A stretch of 50,304 nt of DNA, counting the filler, from Basidiobolus ranarum (lineage: Eukaryota): NCBI GenBank assembly GCA_040143965.1. It is 2 parts of 2 records of this genome, joined end to end, with 100 filler letters (N's around TTAATTAATTAA, not from the genome) between each part and the next. Parts side by side here need not be neighbours in the genome. Positions count along the whole stretch, not along the records: positions 25,280 to 50,304 come from JASJQH010000145.1; 1 more part is not named here. One strand, written 5' to 3'. Below are positions 29,841 through 42,150 of this stretch, one piece after another (position 1 is the first letter of the stretch; each line of letters opens with the position of its first letter). The notes under the pieces were generated by a model. That model was given only the letters and a program-made list of their open reading frames with translations. It made no database searches and had not been told where the DNA came from. A program made the translations under genes and the position numbers.

Positions 29841-30803
29841 ATGTCAGAGGATATTAGAGTTTCTGTAGAAAAATGGTTGAATAGTATTGGTAGAGATAGA
29901 GTATTGGATTTACGAACTAGAGAAGAATTCGCTGAAATTCATATCAAAGACTCTACTTGCATCCCATTCGGAGAGTTGAAAAAGCGTTGGTTCGAGTTGC
30001 CTCATCGACTTAGTCCATTCACTGCTATACTCCCAAAAGATACTGAGGGGGTTCTCTACAAATTAAGGGAATGGACCATCTCTGACACATTTACTGATAG
30101 TCCAGAGTTTTGGCAAGTCGCGAAAGAGTTGGATTTAACTACCGAAGATGAGAAAACCTCAACCAAATTGCTCTTTAAACCTTGTCCTTTCTTAGAAGAG
30201 ATGATCGAAGAGGTAGAAACAAAACTAGTGAAAAGGAAGCTCGCCGAGAGCGATCATGTTCCTACATTGAGTTGCTGTGATGTTGGGTGTGGAAGTGGTC
30301 GCGATGTAGCTTGGCTCTGTTCTCGTCCAAATGCTAATTGGGAGGCTCATGCTGTTGATTCTTGGCGAGGCTCTCTGGATCGAACCCGACAGTTAGCAAT
30401 CAGCTTGAATATCTCGGAAAAGATCACTACTTGTGGGGCCAAATTTAACTCTAGTGGTGCTGTTAAGCCCATCAGTTCCAACAATACCGAGTATACCCAC
30501 CAAGAGACAGAGTTCCTATCCAATCAGTTTGATCTTGTGATATGCATTCGCTTCCTTGAGCGAAGTAGTTTTGACATTTTAGATAGCTTAGTCGCCCCTG
30601 GTGGCTTTCTACTGTACAGTACATTTGTAGATGGGGTTATAGAGTTTGAGAAGCCTTTTGGAGAAAACCATCGATTGGTGCTTGGAGAGCTAAAGGCCAG
30701 GTTCGGTGAAAGCCAGGGCTACAATGTCCTGTGTGATAAAATTGAATATATTGAAGATGGAAGGCCGGTCAATTCTTTCCTTGCACAAAAATTAATAAAC
30801 TAA
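29841..30803 (+). CDS. Rhodanese-like domain fused to class I SAM-dependent methyltransferase (TehB-like), intronless
   Basis: N-terminal VLDLRTREEFAEIHIKDSTCIP is a rhodanese-fold start. Methyltransferase motifs are DVGCGSGRD (motif I), AVDSW, FDLVICIRFLER and VAPGGFLLYSTF. Confidence 0.8.
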   Translation: MSEDIRVSVEKWLNSIGRDRVLDLRTREEFAEIHIKDSTCIPFGELKKRWFELPHRLSPFTAILPKDTEGVLYKLREWTISDTFTDSPEFWQVAKELDLTTEDEKTSTKLLFKPCPFLEEMIEEVETKLVKRKLAESDHVPTLSCCDVGCGSGRDVAWLCSRPNANWEAHAVDSWRGSLDRTRQLAISLNISEKITTCGAKFNSSGAVKPISSNNTEYTHQETEFLSNQFDLVICIRFLERSSFDILDSLVAPGGFLLYSTFVDGVIEFEKPFGENHRLVLGELKARFGESQGYNVLCDKIEYIEDGRPVNSFLAQKLIN

Positions 30804-31281
30804 ACTTGAGCGGTATAGAGCAAATCTAGATACACCCTAGATTGTCAATAAACCTGATCTACGATGTTCATTCACTTTCACTGCCCTTTACATCCACAAG
30901 CCTGGTCGCTCATATATACTGACCATTTCTTTTGGACCACCCTAAGCCAAGTGCAGTGCTTAAATTCCATTCATTGCTAATCCACTTTGGTGAGTTACTA
31001 ATCAATGAAAAGGAGTCAAGTGACCAATCATGTTAGATTCATTTGAAATACCCTTTTTTCTTTTTCATCAAGTTTTTGATCAATGCTTACTCAAGACTCC
31101 GATATTCCCTTTCTTTCTCTAGTGTGTATTTCATCTTAACCATTATATTTGGTTGAATTGTTATTTTTATTGGACTTGTTTAATTTTTCCTCTTTATATT
31201 TTTTTATTCCTTACTATTGCTTCATATTGTAGCCTCCATCAATCCCTAGATATTTCCCAAATTACTTGAACTTATTTGCAA

Positions 31282-32900
31282 ATGGAGACTGCTCTTGCCC
31301 ATCGAGACCATGATGATGAACGTTATCGTTCACGAGAAAGAGAGCATCGTCCTCGAGATGATCGTCGTGAACGGGAAAAGGACAGAGATAGAGAGAGAGA
31401 TCGTCGTAGCAGCAGAAGAGAGCGAGATTCTGAGCGCTCAAGCGGTAGATCTCGAGAACGTGACAGAAGAAGAAGACCTGAAGAAAGAGAGGCTCGTAAA
31501 TCTCGTCGTAGTAGATCTCGTTCTAGACACAGAAGTCCTTCAGTCACGCCACTTCACATGAGAACACGTAAACTACACAATTGGGATGTGCCACCACCAG
31601 GCTATGAAGGTATGTCTGCACAAGAAGTGAAAGCTACTGGACATTTCCCACTCCCTGGTCATGCAACAGGACTTGGAGGTCCAAGTGCTCATCCTTTCGG
31701 ATTGGCCGCTCAACAAGCAATTATTAGCTCCCTAGATCCCTCCAAATTAAGTCAAGGCGCAACTGGCCCAGCTGCACAAAACGCTAGTTTGGCTCGTCAA
31801 TCCCGTAGATTATACGTTGGTAATATTCCATACGGTATTAATGAGGAGAGCATTGCAGATTTCTTCAATGCTACTATGCTTGAACTCAATATTACTACTG
31901 GTACTGGTAAGCCCGTAGTTGCTGTACAGATCAATCATGACAAAAACTATGCTTTTGTAGAATTCAAAGCAGCCGAAGAAGCTACAGCTGCTATGGCTTT
32001 TGATGGGATCAATTTCCAGAGCCAGTCACTCAAAATACGTAGACCTAAAGACTATCAGCCACCAACAGGCTATAGTGGTGAGCCACTTCCAATCCATGTA
32101 CCAGGTGTTATCTCCACTAATGTTCCCGATAGCCCTAATAAGATCTTCATCGGTGGTTTGCCTGCCTATTTAAATGAAGAGCAAGTGATGGAGCTGTTGA
32201 AATCGTTTGGTGAATTGAGAGCATTCAATTTGGTAAAGGATACCGCCACTGGATTGTCCAAAGGATTTGCTTTCTGCGAATATGTAGATCCTAATGTCAC
32301 TGACATTGCTTGCCAAGGTCTTAACAATATGGAGCTCGGTGATAAGCGATTGGTTGTTCAAAGAGCAAGCATCGGTGCCAAAATGATAACACCCATCGTT
32401 GGGACACTTGGAAGTCTCCCTATTCCAGCCGACCTTATTCCTATCAATACTCACGATTCTGAGCCCACAACAGTGCTTCAACTCTTGAATATGGTTACCC
32501 CCGAGGAGCTTCAAGACGACGACGAATATCAAGGTAACTTTATATGAACATGTGTCGTTCTCAACACCAACTAACATAGAAATATTATCCAATGTAGATA
32601 TCTTGGAGGATGTAGGTGAGGAGTGCAGTAAATTTGGAAGAATTGTTGAACTTCGAATTCCACAGCCAGTTGAGGGACAAGATGTTCCGGGAGTTGGCAA
32701 GGTAGGGCTTCCAGATATCCATGTAATCATCCATTCTCGCCTACTCACTTGTTTACTATTTATTCTAGGTCTTTATTCAATATGAGACAAAGGAGGAATG
32801 CGGCGTAGCACTTCGAGCCCTGGCCGGACGTAGATTTGCTGATCGTATTGTTATTGCTTCATATATCTCAGAAGAGAGACTTCAAGCACAGGACTACTAA
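31282..32900 (+). CDS. U2AF2: Splicing factor U2AF large subunit (U2AF65), 3 exons
   Basis: RS domain, the NWDVPPPGYE ULM region, RRM1 (RQSRRLYVGNIP..KNYAFVEF), RRM2 (NKIFIGGLP..SKGFAFCEY) and a UHM (VLQLLNMV..EECSKFG..GVGK|VFIQY..LAGRRFADR). Stop TAA at 32898-32900. Confidence 0.96.
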
Positions 32901-33779
32901 CTCTCATGATATATTATTTTTTTCTCGTTTACACAATTCAATGTTTGACGTTTTCAATTTCTAATACATATTCAGTATATAAAAAGAATCCTTAAAAGAA
33001 TCGGTTATAAAATTCCCAAAACCAACGAATAAATATATAGGAGATCGGATAATTGAGCACAACTTGCTATCAAGCACTCGAAACGTTGGTATCTCACCTT
33101 TCATTGAATTGTGTTATGTATGGCCTTCTTCTACTTTACCATAGTTATACTAATCTCCTTTAGTAAAGAGTTTTAGTAGCTACCTGTTGAGAGGTTTCTC
33201 GGAATTAGTCATGTCACTACCATTGGAAGGTGGAAATTGTTAGTACAACCAACAGTTGTCATGTTAGGCCAACGAAAGTCAAGGCTAGGGATTGCTCTAT
33301 TAATAAACTACAAACAATCGGCTGACGGTGCTAGATTGTAAACCAAATATTTCAAATAATGATCTCTTGTTAGCTAGTAAAGGTGGTTAGTTGCTAAGGT
33401 AGTACGGTAACTCATGATCATAATTAGCCAGAGCAAAAGCACATGATTCCAGCGAGATCTTATCAATTTGTATTCAGTACCACTTGACTGAATTATATGA
33501 TCATGATAGGCGATATAAAGTTTGCCCGGAGATGTGCTATCATCAAATACAATTTGCCGAAATAGTGAAAAATCGTACCATGTTTTTAGGAGCATATAGA
33601 GTGGTCTATTTGCCAAGCATTCTTGATCTAAACCTCTATGCTAGTTACTGCTAAGATACTTTGAGCGGTATTATTGTAGCGAGTAAATTCCTTTATCTGT
33701 AAAAATATTAGCTTAACTTAACCCTTTAAACACTCCAGTAACTTTACATAATTTGAACCGTGGCTTGCTGTTCCAAAGT

Positions 33780-34585
33780 ATGACTTTAGAAACTATTCTC
33801 GATGTTGGTATGAAACTAGCTATGATCTTTGGACCGATTGCAGGTTATGTCGATCAGTATTTTGCGATCAGACGTACCAAAACAAGCGCTGGTTTTAGTC
33901 TTACTACGTGTGGTATTCTGTTGATATCAAGGTATGTATACCGATTGTCTTTTAACTTTTCAACTTTTTAATGTATCGATTATGAATTTTATCATAGTAT
34001 TCTTCGAGTTTTCTTCTGGCTTGGCGACCGCTTCGATACAACTTTACTATATCAGAGTTTGGTAATGATCATTTCACAAGTTATCTTGCTGGAGATCTGT
34101 CTACGCTATAAAGCCGACTCTCAGTGGCCTGTTCAATCCGGGTTTTGGAACTGGCCTACCTTTGGGCATTATGTTAGATTTTTGGCACTATTTACCGGTG
34201 GAGTGGTTGCAGCATACATACTCTTTGGCTCGTTCCCAAGCTTTATCGGCATCCTAGGTTATTTATCGATGGGAATTGAGGCCACCGTCCCTATGCCTCA
34301 GGCCTATTTTAACTACACCCGGAAATCAGTGTCTGGATTCAGGTAAAATTCAGAAAGTCGCATATTGAGTCGAGCAATTACTAACTCTCATTACTCTCAC
34401 CTGTTGACAGTATCGTCATTATTGGAACTTGGTTCTTGGGAGATGTATTCAAAACTCAATATTACTACTTCCATGATGTCCCATTTCAATTTCTTCTGTG
34501 TGGAATGATTCAACTCTCGATGGATTGTATCATATGCTTCCAATTATGGAAATACTCCGACAGTACTAAGGTCCGTACATTTTAA
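33780..34585 (+). CDS. PQ-loop membrane protein (Any1/PQLC1/SLC66A2-like), 3 exons
   Basis: GYVDQYFAIRRTKTSAGFS..ILRVFFWLGDRFDTTLLYQS, EATVPMPQAYFNY.RKSVSGF and WFLGDVFKT.YY..PFQFLLCG.IQ. Confidence 0.85.
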
Positions 34586-34736
34586 CATGATTTTAGCAAT
34601 TTTTACGCTCAAAGTTGCTACACCCCACACCTGCATCTATATTGATCGGCAATGGCTCTTTCAAGTGTTAATTGATTCGTTTTATTTACATCCCATGCCT
34701 TTCGATTTTATGTAACAAAGAATTATATCCCGATAC

Positions 34737-34770
34737 CCTGAAACTGTATCCTGAAACTGTATCCTGAAAC
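34737..34770. repeat. 13-bp tandem repeat CCTGAAACTGTAT, about 2.6 copies
   Basis: cctgaaactgtat cctgaaactgtat cctgaaac, in the 3' flank of the PQ-loop gene. Confidence 0.9.
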
Positions 34771-35335
34771 CATACCCCCATCTTTATCCGTTCTGTTATA
34801 GTAATCTCACCTCATAATCCAAGGCGTAGCACATATTCCTTCTTTACCCTCTCTTACTTATGTTCGTTGTCTTTTCCGCAGGCATATAACTCCAACGACA
34901 AAGATCCACTCCTAGACCTACCTATGCATCAACTAAGAAACAATCGTTCACGTTAGATTGTTAATTAGACAGTATACAACCATTCCTTGGCACGTGACTC
35001 CTTCAATAAATATTTATTTTTACTGAACATTTACATCTATGCTCATGATCCTGATTCTAGTCCGCAGCCAATGGTTTATGTATCAAGAGTATAAATAAAC
35101 CAAGAAATCCCACTAGGCCAATGACATTTCCACCAATAAACCAAGATCTCTGCGAGCAAAACCCAGTCATTCCAAGGATATTTTTGTATACCATCAAGAA
35201 GGGTAATTGAAGTGTGAGGTTTTCTTCGAAATTTTGTTTACTCATTTAAACCAGCACTCTATTTCGATTCCACGTGTTTGATTATTTTCTATTTTCACCA
35301 CATTTGTTCGTGGAAGTGTTCGTGATAAAACAAAG

Positions 35336-37339
35336 ATGAATAGAAAACTTGGGGAAGATAGAAATTCTACACAGGAACAATACCATGTCAACTCACATAA
35401 CTCACAAACTCAAGCAAGTTTTGGTCGGATCCCATTCACTTCGGAAGAATTCAGGTCCACCAAACGAACACTTTCTATGCAACTAGGACCAGAGTATGTT
35501 AGTACTAGAGCAGCTTTTGGTGGAAGTAAGTGAATATATTTAGAAACGTATACTATCACCTTCCCACTGCGACAAGATTTCTTTATCTGAAATACCCACA
35601 ATTGCTTACATTCCAAGTGTTACTTTTACTAATCCAATGAGTGTTCTTTTATTAGCTAGAGTTGCTTATTTGGAGGGTTGGAAGTCCATAAATTTGGCTA
35701 ACGATATGTTTGGTTTTAACGGGTGGTCTTCTACGATTATAGACTATACTGTAGATTATGTATGCAACATTTCTTTCTGTACATCTGCAATAATTGAATA
35801 TTCTCTCGACTGACTCTATGCACTCTTTTTTAGCTTGATGTTACGGATACCGGAAGGGTATCTCTTGGCATGTCTTGTATTATGAGGGTGACTTTGAAGG
35901 ATGGCACGTATCACGAGGTAAACTCTAACCGTAGAGCAACATAAATGAAGTCGACTTATTTACGTAGATAACGCATCTTGACAGGATATTGGATACGGTA
36001 ATATCGATAATGCCAAAAGTAAATCACAAGCTTTCGAAAAAGTGAAAAAAGAAGCAGCTACAGACGCGTTAAAAAGAGCATTAAGAACATTCGGAAATAG
36101 TCTGGGCAATTGCTTATATGATAAAAACTTCTTGAAACAAATCGCTCGGTTTAAACCCCCAGTTGTAGGTATTATCTGGTTTCAATGGAATCATTCATAT
36201 CTAAATTTAATTCACTTTTAAAACTGTCCTTTAGGTTAAACCATTGGAATTGGAGAATTTGTTTCATCATGATTCGGTTGACTCGGTTAAACGTGAAGAG
36301 GCTAGCATGCATTTGGCTAGTAAACCAAACTTACAATCTAATGCTACACCATCTAGTAGTGTAAACGAAGAGATCCTCATAAAGCAAGAACCTTTACAAA
36401 GTGAGAATTTCGGATTCGAAGGTAACGGAGATTCATTACATTCTCTTCATCATGATCATCCAATATGAACCTACATCCATATTCCAGATAGTGATGAACT
36501 CTTCGCTCAAATGGCTGATACCTATGAGTTTTTCGCAAATCGATCTAATGAAGTAGAAACACCTGGGTATACAAATTCACTTTTATTTTGATTACTGAGC
36601 GTAAATCTAATCGAAAATCCCCTGTAACAGCCGAATGGAAAGAGATGCGGTAACTACCGAGGTGATTCCCGCTAACATACTTCCCTCTGACCCTACGAGT
36701 ACTCACACCCCAGGAGGTATTCGAAAGCGGCCAAAGCCTTGTCCAAATGAGAACGAAACCCCTGTGGCCGTCAATGAAAGATTAAACTCAGCGGCAATGG
36801 TAACTCCTATTCAAAATAGAGTTCAATCTGTTAAGAGCCTTGGAGAGCCTGGAGGTCATAAGCAATATCCTACTCCACCATCAACGCTGATGAGCATATC
36901 TGATATGTCTAAATCCAAATCTGCCGTTGAAAACACCCCCGTCCCTTCAATTAATAATAACCCTCGAAGAGTTGGCAATATGTTCTCTACCTCAAGTGCC
37001 ATCAAAGATGGATCTGGAACCGATGGAGAATCATCAAGTGGAGATTCCTCCCATGCTCACACACCTTCGATGAAAGGATTGAAAAGACAAAATGGAACTG
37101 GAGTTCCACTCTTTCGTCCACCCTTACAGTAAGTCTTAATAATCATCGAAATGATTCAAATCCTGGGCATTTTTTAATACGGAAATGTTGATAGTCCACC
37201 CACCTCCGCACCCGTACCCGCATCCACTTCTACTTACACCTCCACACCAGCCCCCATCTACACTGATCGTCGGGAAATTGAAATGCCCTCAGGATCGAAA
37301 GTAGTGAAAAAGACAAGAACAGATATTCATAATTCCTAA
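35336..37339 (+). CDS. RAD52: DNA repair/recombination protein Rad52/Rad22, multi-exon
   Basis: [12 protein letters not shown]|..[39 protein letters not shown] and [32 protein letters not shown], followed by a disordered C-terminus. The last exon (to TAA 37337-37339) is inferred via a GTAAGT donor at 37129; otherwise the stop is at 37132. Confidence 0.93.
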
Positions 37340-37541
37340 GATTTAGTTGTACATTTAAACCATAGAGTTTAGGATTTCTCTTTATTTCTACCCTTTTCAA
37401 GGCTCATCCCCAATTATCCAGTTGTAATCCAGTTAAAATCATCCAGTTTCTCAAAGTCAAACGATTGAAGAAAAATTCTACATTTAATGAAATAATTCAC
37501 ATGAAAATTGGATCTATTAATTGAATTGAAAAAGAAGTATC

Positions 37542-37559
37542 CCCTAACCCTAACCCTAA
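37542..37559. repeat. Interstitial telomere-type repeat (CCCTAA)3
   Basis: CCCTAACCCTAACCCTAA between the convergent 3' ends of RAD52 and RLM1. Confidence 0.75.
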
Positions 37560-37785
37560 AATCCAAAATGGATCGGATAGGGTAGTGACAAAAAAGTAAG
37601 AAAATTCAATATCAATGAATTTATCTCTCAAGACCAAAGCTTGATTGAATAAAGAAAACGTAAAACCACAAGAAATCAATGGGAAATGATGAGTAAAGAG
37701 AAAGTCGATCATTCTCTATATATAGAATAACCATCTCACACTGATCAATTAGATGATCCACTAGCTAAAATCTAGTAAGGGATTT

Positions 37786-39728
37786 TCATCCACTTTCGGT
37801 TTTCATCTTTTTGGTACCCGGTACCTCCTCAGGGTGTTCTCCATTTTCTCCGGTCCCTTCACTCCCAGGGTCACTAGTTGGTTACAAAGTTAAGTATATG
37901 GTGGTTACAGTTTTCACACTAAATGATTCACTCACCTTTCTCGTTTGGATAACGGTGATGGTTGCAAAACTCTAGGTGGTAGAGGCCATAAGAAGGTACC
38001 ACCGCTAGTTGGAGTTGCATTTACAGTGAGTGGACTTGGAAGTTCATTCGATTGATTATAAAATTCCGGATAGAAAGTGGAAGGAGATGGAAGATTTTGT
38101 GCGAATTGTGACATAGTAGCAGAAGCAGGTCTAGATGCATCTTGTGTACGAATAGCTGGAAGCTAAATTATAGAAAATTGATACCCGAGGTAAGTAAATA
38201 TTTCAATGAATCTTCTCGAAATTACTTACTATTTGTCCACTGGTAATGGGTTGTGGTTCTCGTTTGCTAACTGGACTATGGGCTGAGGTTGGTTGCGGTG
38301 AATGAAGATTTGTCTGGGGTGAGGTCAAATTGGTGGGTGTGGAGTTCATATTGGTCACTTGAGGGGAGTTTTGACTTTCACTATTGGCTGAGAATTGAGA
38401 AGGAGTGTGTTGAGGCTTCTGATCTGGGATTTGCACACGTAATCTAGGTCGACCTTTCCCAGTAGCCTGCTGACTTTCCTGGTGATTTTCATTCGAATCA
38501 GGCGCGGGTTCGGCGGGTTGAGGCTGGGGTGACGGTTGTGGAGAAGGTTGCTAAAAAAATTGAAAATAATGAATAAATACACCAACTTTGATGCTATTTG
38601 ATGGTGAATATCAACCTGTACTGCTTGACTAGATTGTGGTGATTGTGCTGCATAATACGACTGGTTTACTTGGGATGTTTGTTGTTGAGGTGGAGGAGTC
38701 TCACCATTCGATTGAAACTGAGATGGTTGCTGTTGTTGTTGTTGGTGCGGACGTTGATGTTGCATATGTTGAAGTTGAGGTTGAGGCTGAGGAACAGGTT
38801 GATAAAATTTCTGTTGAGAGACTTGACTTATGCTCTGCATTTGGTGAGACTGCTGAATACCCATTACTGGCATGGGCTGCATTTGTTGATGAACTTGATT
38901 CATATTGGAAGCGAAATTATATGCGTTCATATTAATAGTTTGAGGATGTGTTTGAGGTGGGTTGATAAATCTGGGATTAAGTTGGTTTCCCGTATTTTGC
39001 ACTTGGTGATGTTGAGGTTGGATTTGTTGTGGCATCAAGTGTTGTTGTTGCTGTTGCCCTTGGGATGGATGGTTGTGACTTGATAATGTTGGCTGGGTTT
39101 GGAATTGAGCCTTGGATGTATACTTCATCAAGGAAGTTAGTGACCAGTGCAAATATAATGGAAGACATAATAGAGCATGGTCCATACTTGTTTCGTATCC
39201 ATAGAATCACCAAAATCAGGTGGTGGATTATCATCATCCATATGACCATTATTCTTAAGAAGATTGTCAAACTAAAACACGAAAAATACGGTCAGAACGT
39301 TCATTTGCGTAACAATACACACCAGTTATAACAATACTTACATCTTCATTTCTACGACTTTCATGTGGCTCGTTATACTATGATCATAGAGAAATTAGAT
39401 AGATCCAAAAAGAAGACAATATTATACTTTAGTCCAACCAACCTCGGTGTATTTCATTAATATCTTGTCCATATCAGAACTAGCATATTGAACTAATTTG
39501 TTTTGTGAATTGAAAATGATCAAACCGATTTCACATTCGCATAACACGCTCAGTTCGTACGCCTTTTTCATCAAGCCAAACTTTCTCTTGAGAAAAGTAA
39601 CCTTTTCGAAAAATAGAGAGGAAGTTTAGCAGGGAAAGAAAGGTTTGGGTTTGTCACAACTATGTCCAGTTTACCTGTTTGTTGCGTTCATCTAAGATGG
39701 GCTTAATCTCAATTTTCTTACGACCCAT
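37786..39728 (-). CDS. RLM1: MEF2-type MADS-box transcription factor (Rlm1/RlmA-like), multi-exon
   Basis: [72 protein letters not shown], a Gln/Pro-rich activation region, the MAPK-docking-like RPRLRVQIP and C-terminal [16 protein letters not shown]. Stop TGA at 37786-37788. Confidence 0.92.
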
Positions 39729-40640
39729 ATTTGTTGTTAGGTATATTTAGTAGTACAGATACAGAACCGTGGTAGGAAGTGGGATATGTATTGAAATGCT
39801 AAACTACAGATGATGCAGATAAACGAATGATAACATCAAGTTAGGATATTATAGTTAGGTCAAATAATAAAGGGTTTTGGTTTCGAAAGTTCACGTTAAG
39901 AAATATTATTATCGCGAAAGCTTACCAACGTGAGGGATAGGATATTCTTGGATTCGAAGTAAAACGGTGCAAGTTGGTGTATAAGGTTTGTTCTTTTTTT
40001 AGGACCAAATTATGAAAGGGGTGTTGCTATACTTATCTGACATGCTTAAAATAACTCTTGGTCTTTTGAGGAAAAAAAAATGGATTGGTGCTGGTGATTA
40101 ATTGGGCTGCTCTGCAAACGATTCCTACTTAATTGGCACCCTCACCAAGATGCTCCCTATATATTTGCATTCTATTAAAACATCTCGCTGATTGGCTCTA
40201 CTGTGTATATAAATATATATATGTCTCCCACCACTCCTTGACTTTTGGTCCCTTGGATTCACTCTGTAACCATAAAAATAGCCCTTAGCGAGGTAGAGAA
40301 CAATGTATTCTGGTATAAGCTGGTGGGTATTCCGGCATACACATCGATTTTGAGTATGTTTCTATTGAGCAAGTGAATATTCATGCTCGCTCTGCTCCTA
40401 CTTGTATATAATCAGTCAAAACCCACTTGCCAACCATGAACTTTGTACATACAACGGCCATAGTTACGAGATAGCTAATAGCATGTCGTTGCTTATTCTA
40501 CTACTCATTTGGTAAACATATATAATGTAAATGGTGTACTTTATTGTTACGATGGTTTCTCTCGTATTCAGATAATGTATAATAGGTAGTGATTTTTAAC
40601 TTGGGAATGAATGAAAACTGAGTTTACATTGATAACATCC

Positions 40641-41056
40641 TTACTCTTCGGTAGGGGGGTCAAGGTTAATCTTGGGGTTATGGAACAAAGAGTGGTCGCT
40701 ATCAGCCCAAGGGAAAGGCTTGTTACGAATACGAATGTAGGGATATCCGACAAACTTGGGTGGGTGATGTTCGAGATGCTCGGAGTGCTCGACAGCCAAG
40801 TTGTATGCGTTATAACCGGCAACACCTATGAGAGGAACACAAACAAAAATGGAAACCTTGCGCCAAAGCTCAGCACTCTCTACGAAGAAGTAAAAATAAA
40901 CCCGGTTAGAAAAGAAAACCACTATGATGGATCACTAATGTACGTACTCTTAGCATGATCTCTAACGTGAGAGATGTACTCAGCGTAGGAGGAAGAGCTG
41001 GCAGGGGCAGCAGTGGAATAGAGACGGGAAGCTTGTTTGGCGTAACGGAATACCAT
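40641..41056 (-). CDS. COX13: Cytochrome c oxidase subunit 6A, 2 exons
   Basis: Mitochondrial presequence MVFRYAKQASRLYST, then HAK|.SAELWRKVSIFV..EHSEH..YPYIRIRNKPFPWADSDHSLFHNP. Confidence 0.95.
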
Positions 41057-42150
41057 TGTGAAAAGAGAAAGAGAAGCGGAGAAGTAACAAAGTAATCCTA
41101 ACCGCTATATTGCTTTAATCTTTCCCCTCCGTCGAACAACTTTGGGGTCTACAATCACGTGGGAAATTGAACTTACCCCACTTTCTGTGAAATAAAATGG
41201 CAGAGATGTTCTAGACTTGGTGAATAAAAGTTTGGCCCCCACACTATTCCACATATTGTGATTAAAACGTGGTACCTTGTTTAAACAGCATCGCAAACAA
41301 GATTTGGTGAGAATGGGTTATGAACATGCATGAGAGTGCATAAATATTTCTCTAGTGTATGATGGAAAGGTGTCGATATCAAAAAAGCCGATTCATACAA
41401 AACATCAAACCATACCATTTCAAATAATAGTATAAAATAATGGAAACATTGATGGGATCTGCATAGCTGGTTACAATCGGTTTCCATGGCAGCAGGAAAG
41501 CGCGATTCGCGATTACAGTTGGAACAGTAACTAGTTCTGGTACAATATGCGGCACAGTTACATTTCTAATCGATACTTATCCGAGTTCATTTGAAATCCG
41601 AGTTACATTAAGTAATCTATGCTGTCCGTAGAAATAATTCCTTTTGAAACCCTGACTGCAAGCGTACAGTTATATGATGAAACATAGAGTATTATCAACA
41701 GAGGAGAAGCATCAGGTTACTCCATTCTAACTTGCCCTTGATCGGTGTTTAACAGACATCTTGCAGTCTTTACGAACGACAGAGACGAAGTTGCTTGTTT
41801 TCTCTTAGGAAAAAGGTTTGTTGAGCTGCAGTATATGTTGAGCCCGTGAGTACCCCCAACAACATCATGCATCCCTCGCAAAACGCGTTCCTAGATAAAA
41901 ATTGCTCTCTTCTCTTTTCTAAGACTGCTCTTTCCCAGAATATAACCAGAGACAGTTTAGAAGATCTTTCGTAGAAATAATATCATACCTAATCCTCATA
42001 ACCTAACTTTTTAAATAATAACTACACTACATTTGTACCGTGAGAACTTCTTTCTCGTTACCTAACCCTGGCCCAATTTTTTGTATTAGGGCTTGTTGAA
42101 TACCGAATATTGCACCATACCTCTGGAAATCTATACACAGAATCTCTTCA

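Noticed and set aside
33374-33616. 80-aa minus-strand ORF between U2AF65 and the PQ-loop gene
   Set aside because: It has a non-ATG start and no recognisable motif or supporting exon structure.
34737-34770. Direct repeats considered as a CRISPR-like array
   Set aside because: The 13-bp units are contiguous with no spacers, so this is a simple minisatellite.
38636-39331. Plus-strand ORFs over the Gln-rich region
   Set aside because: They are antisense shadows of the RLM1 poly-Gln/Pro exon.
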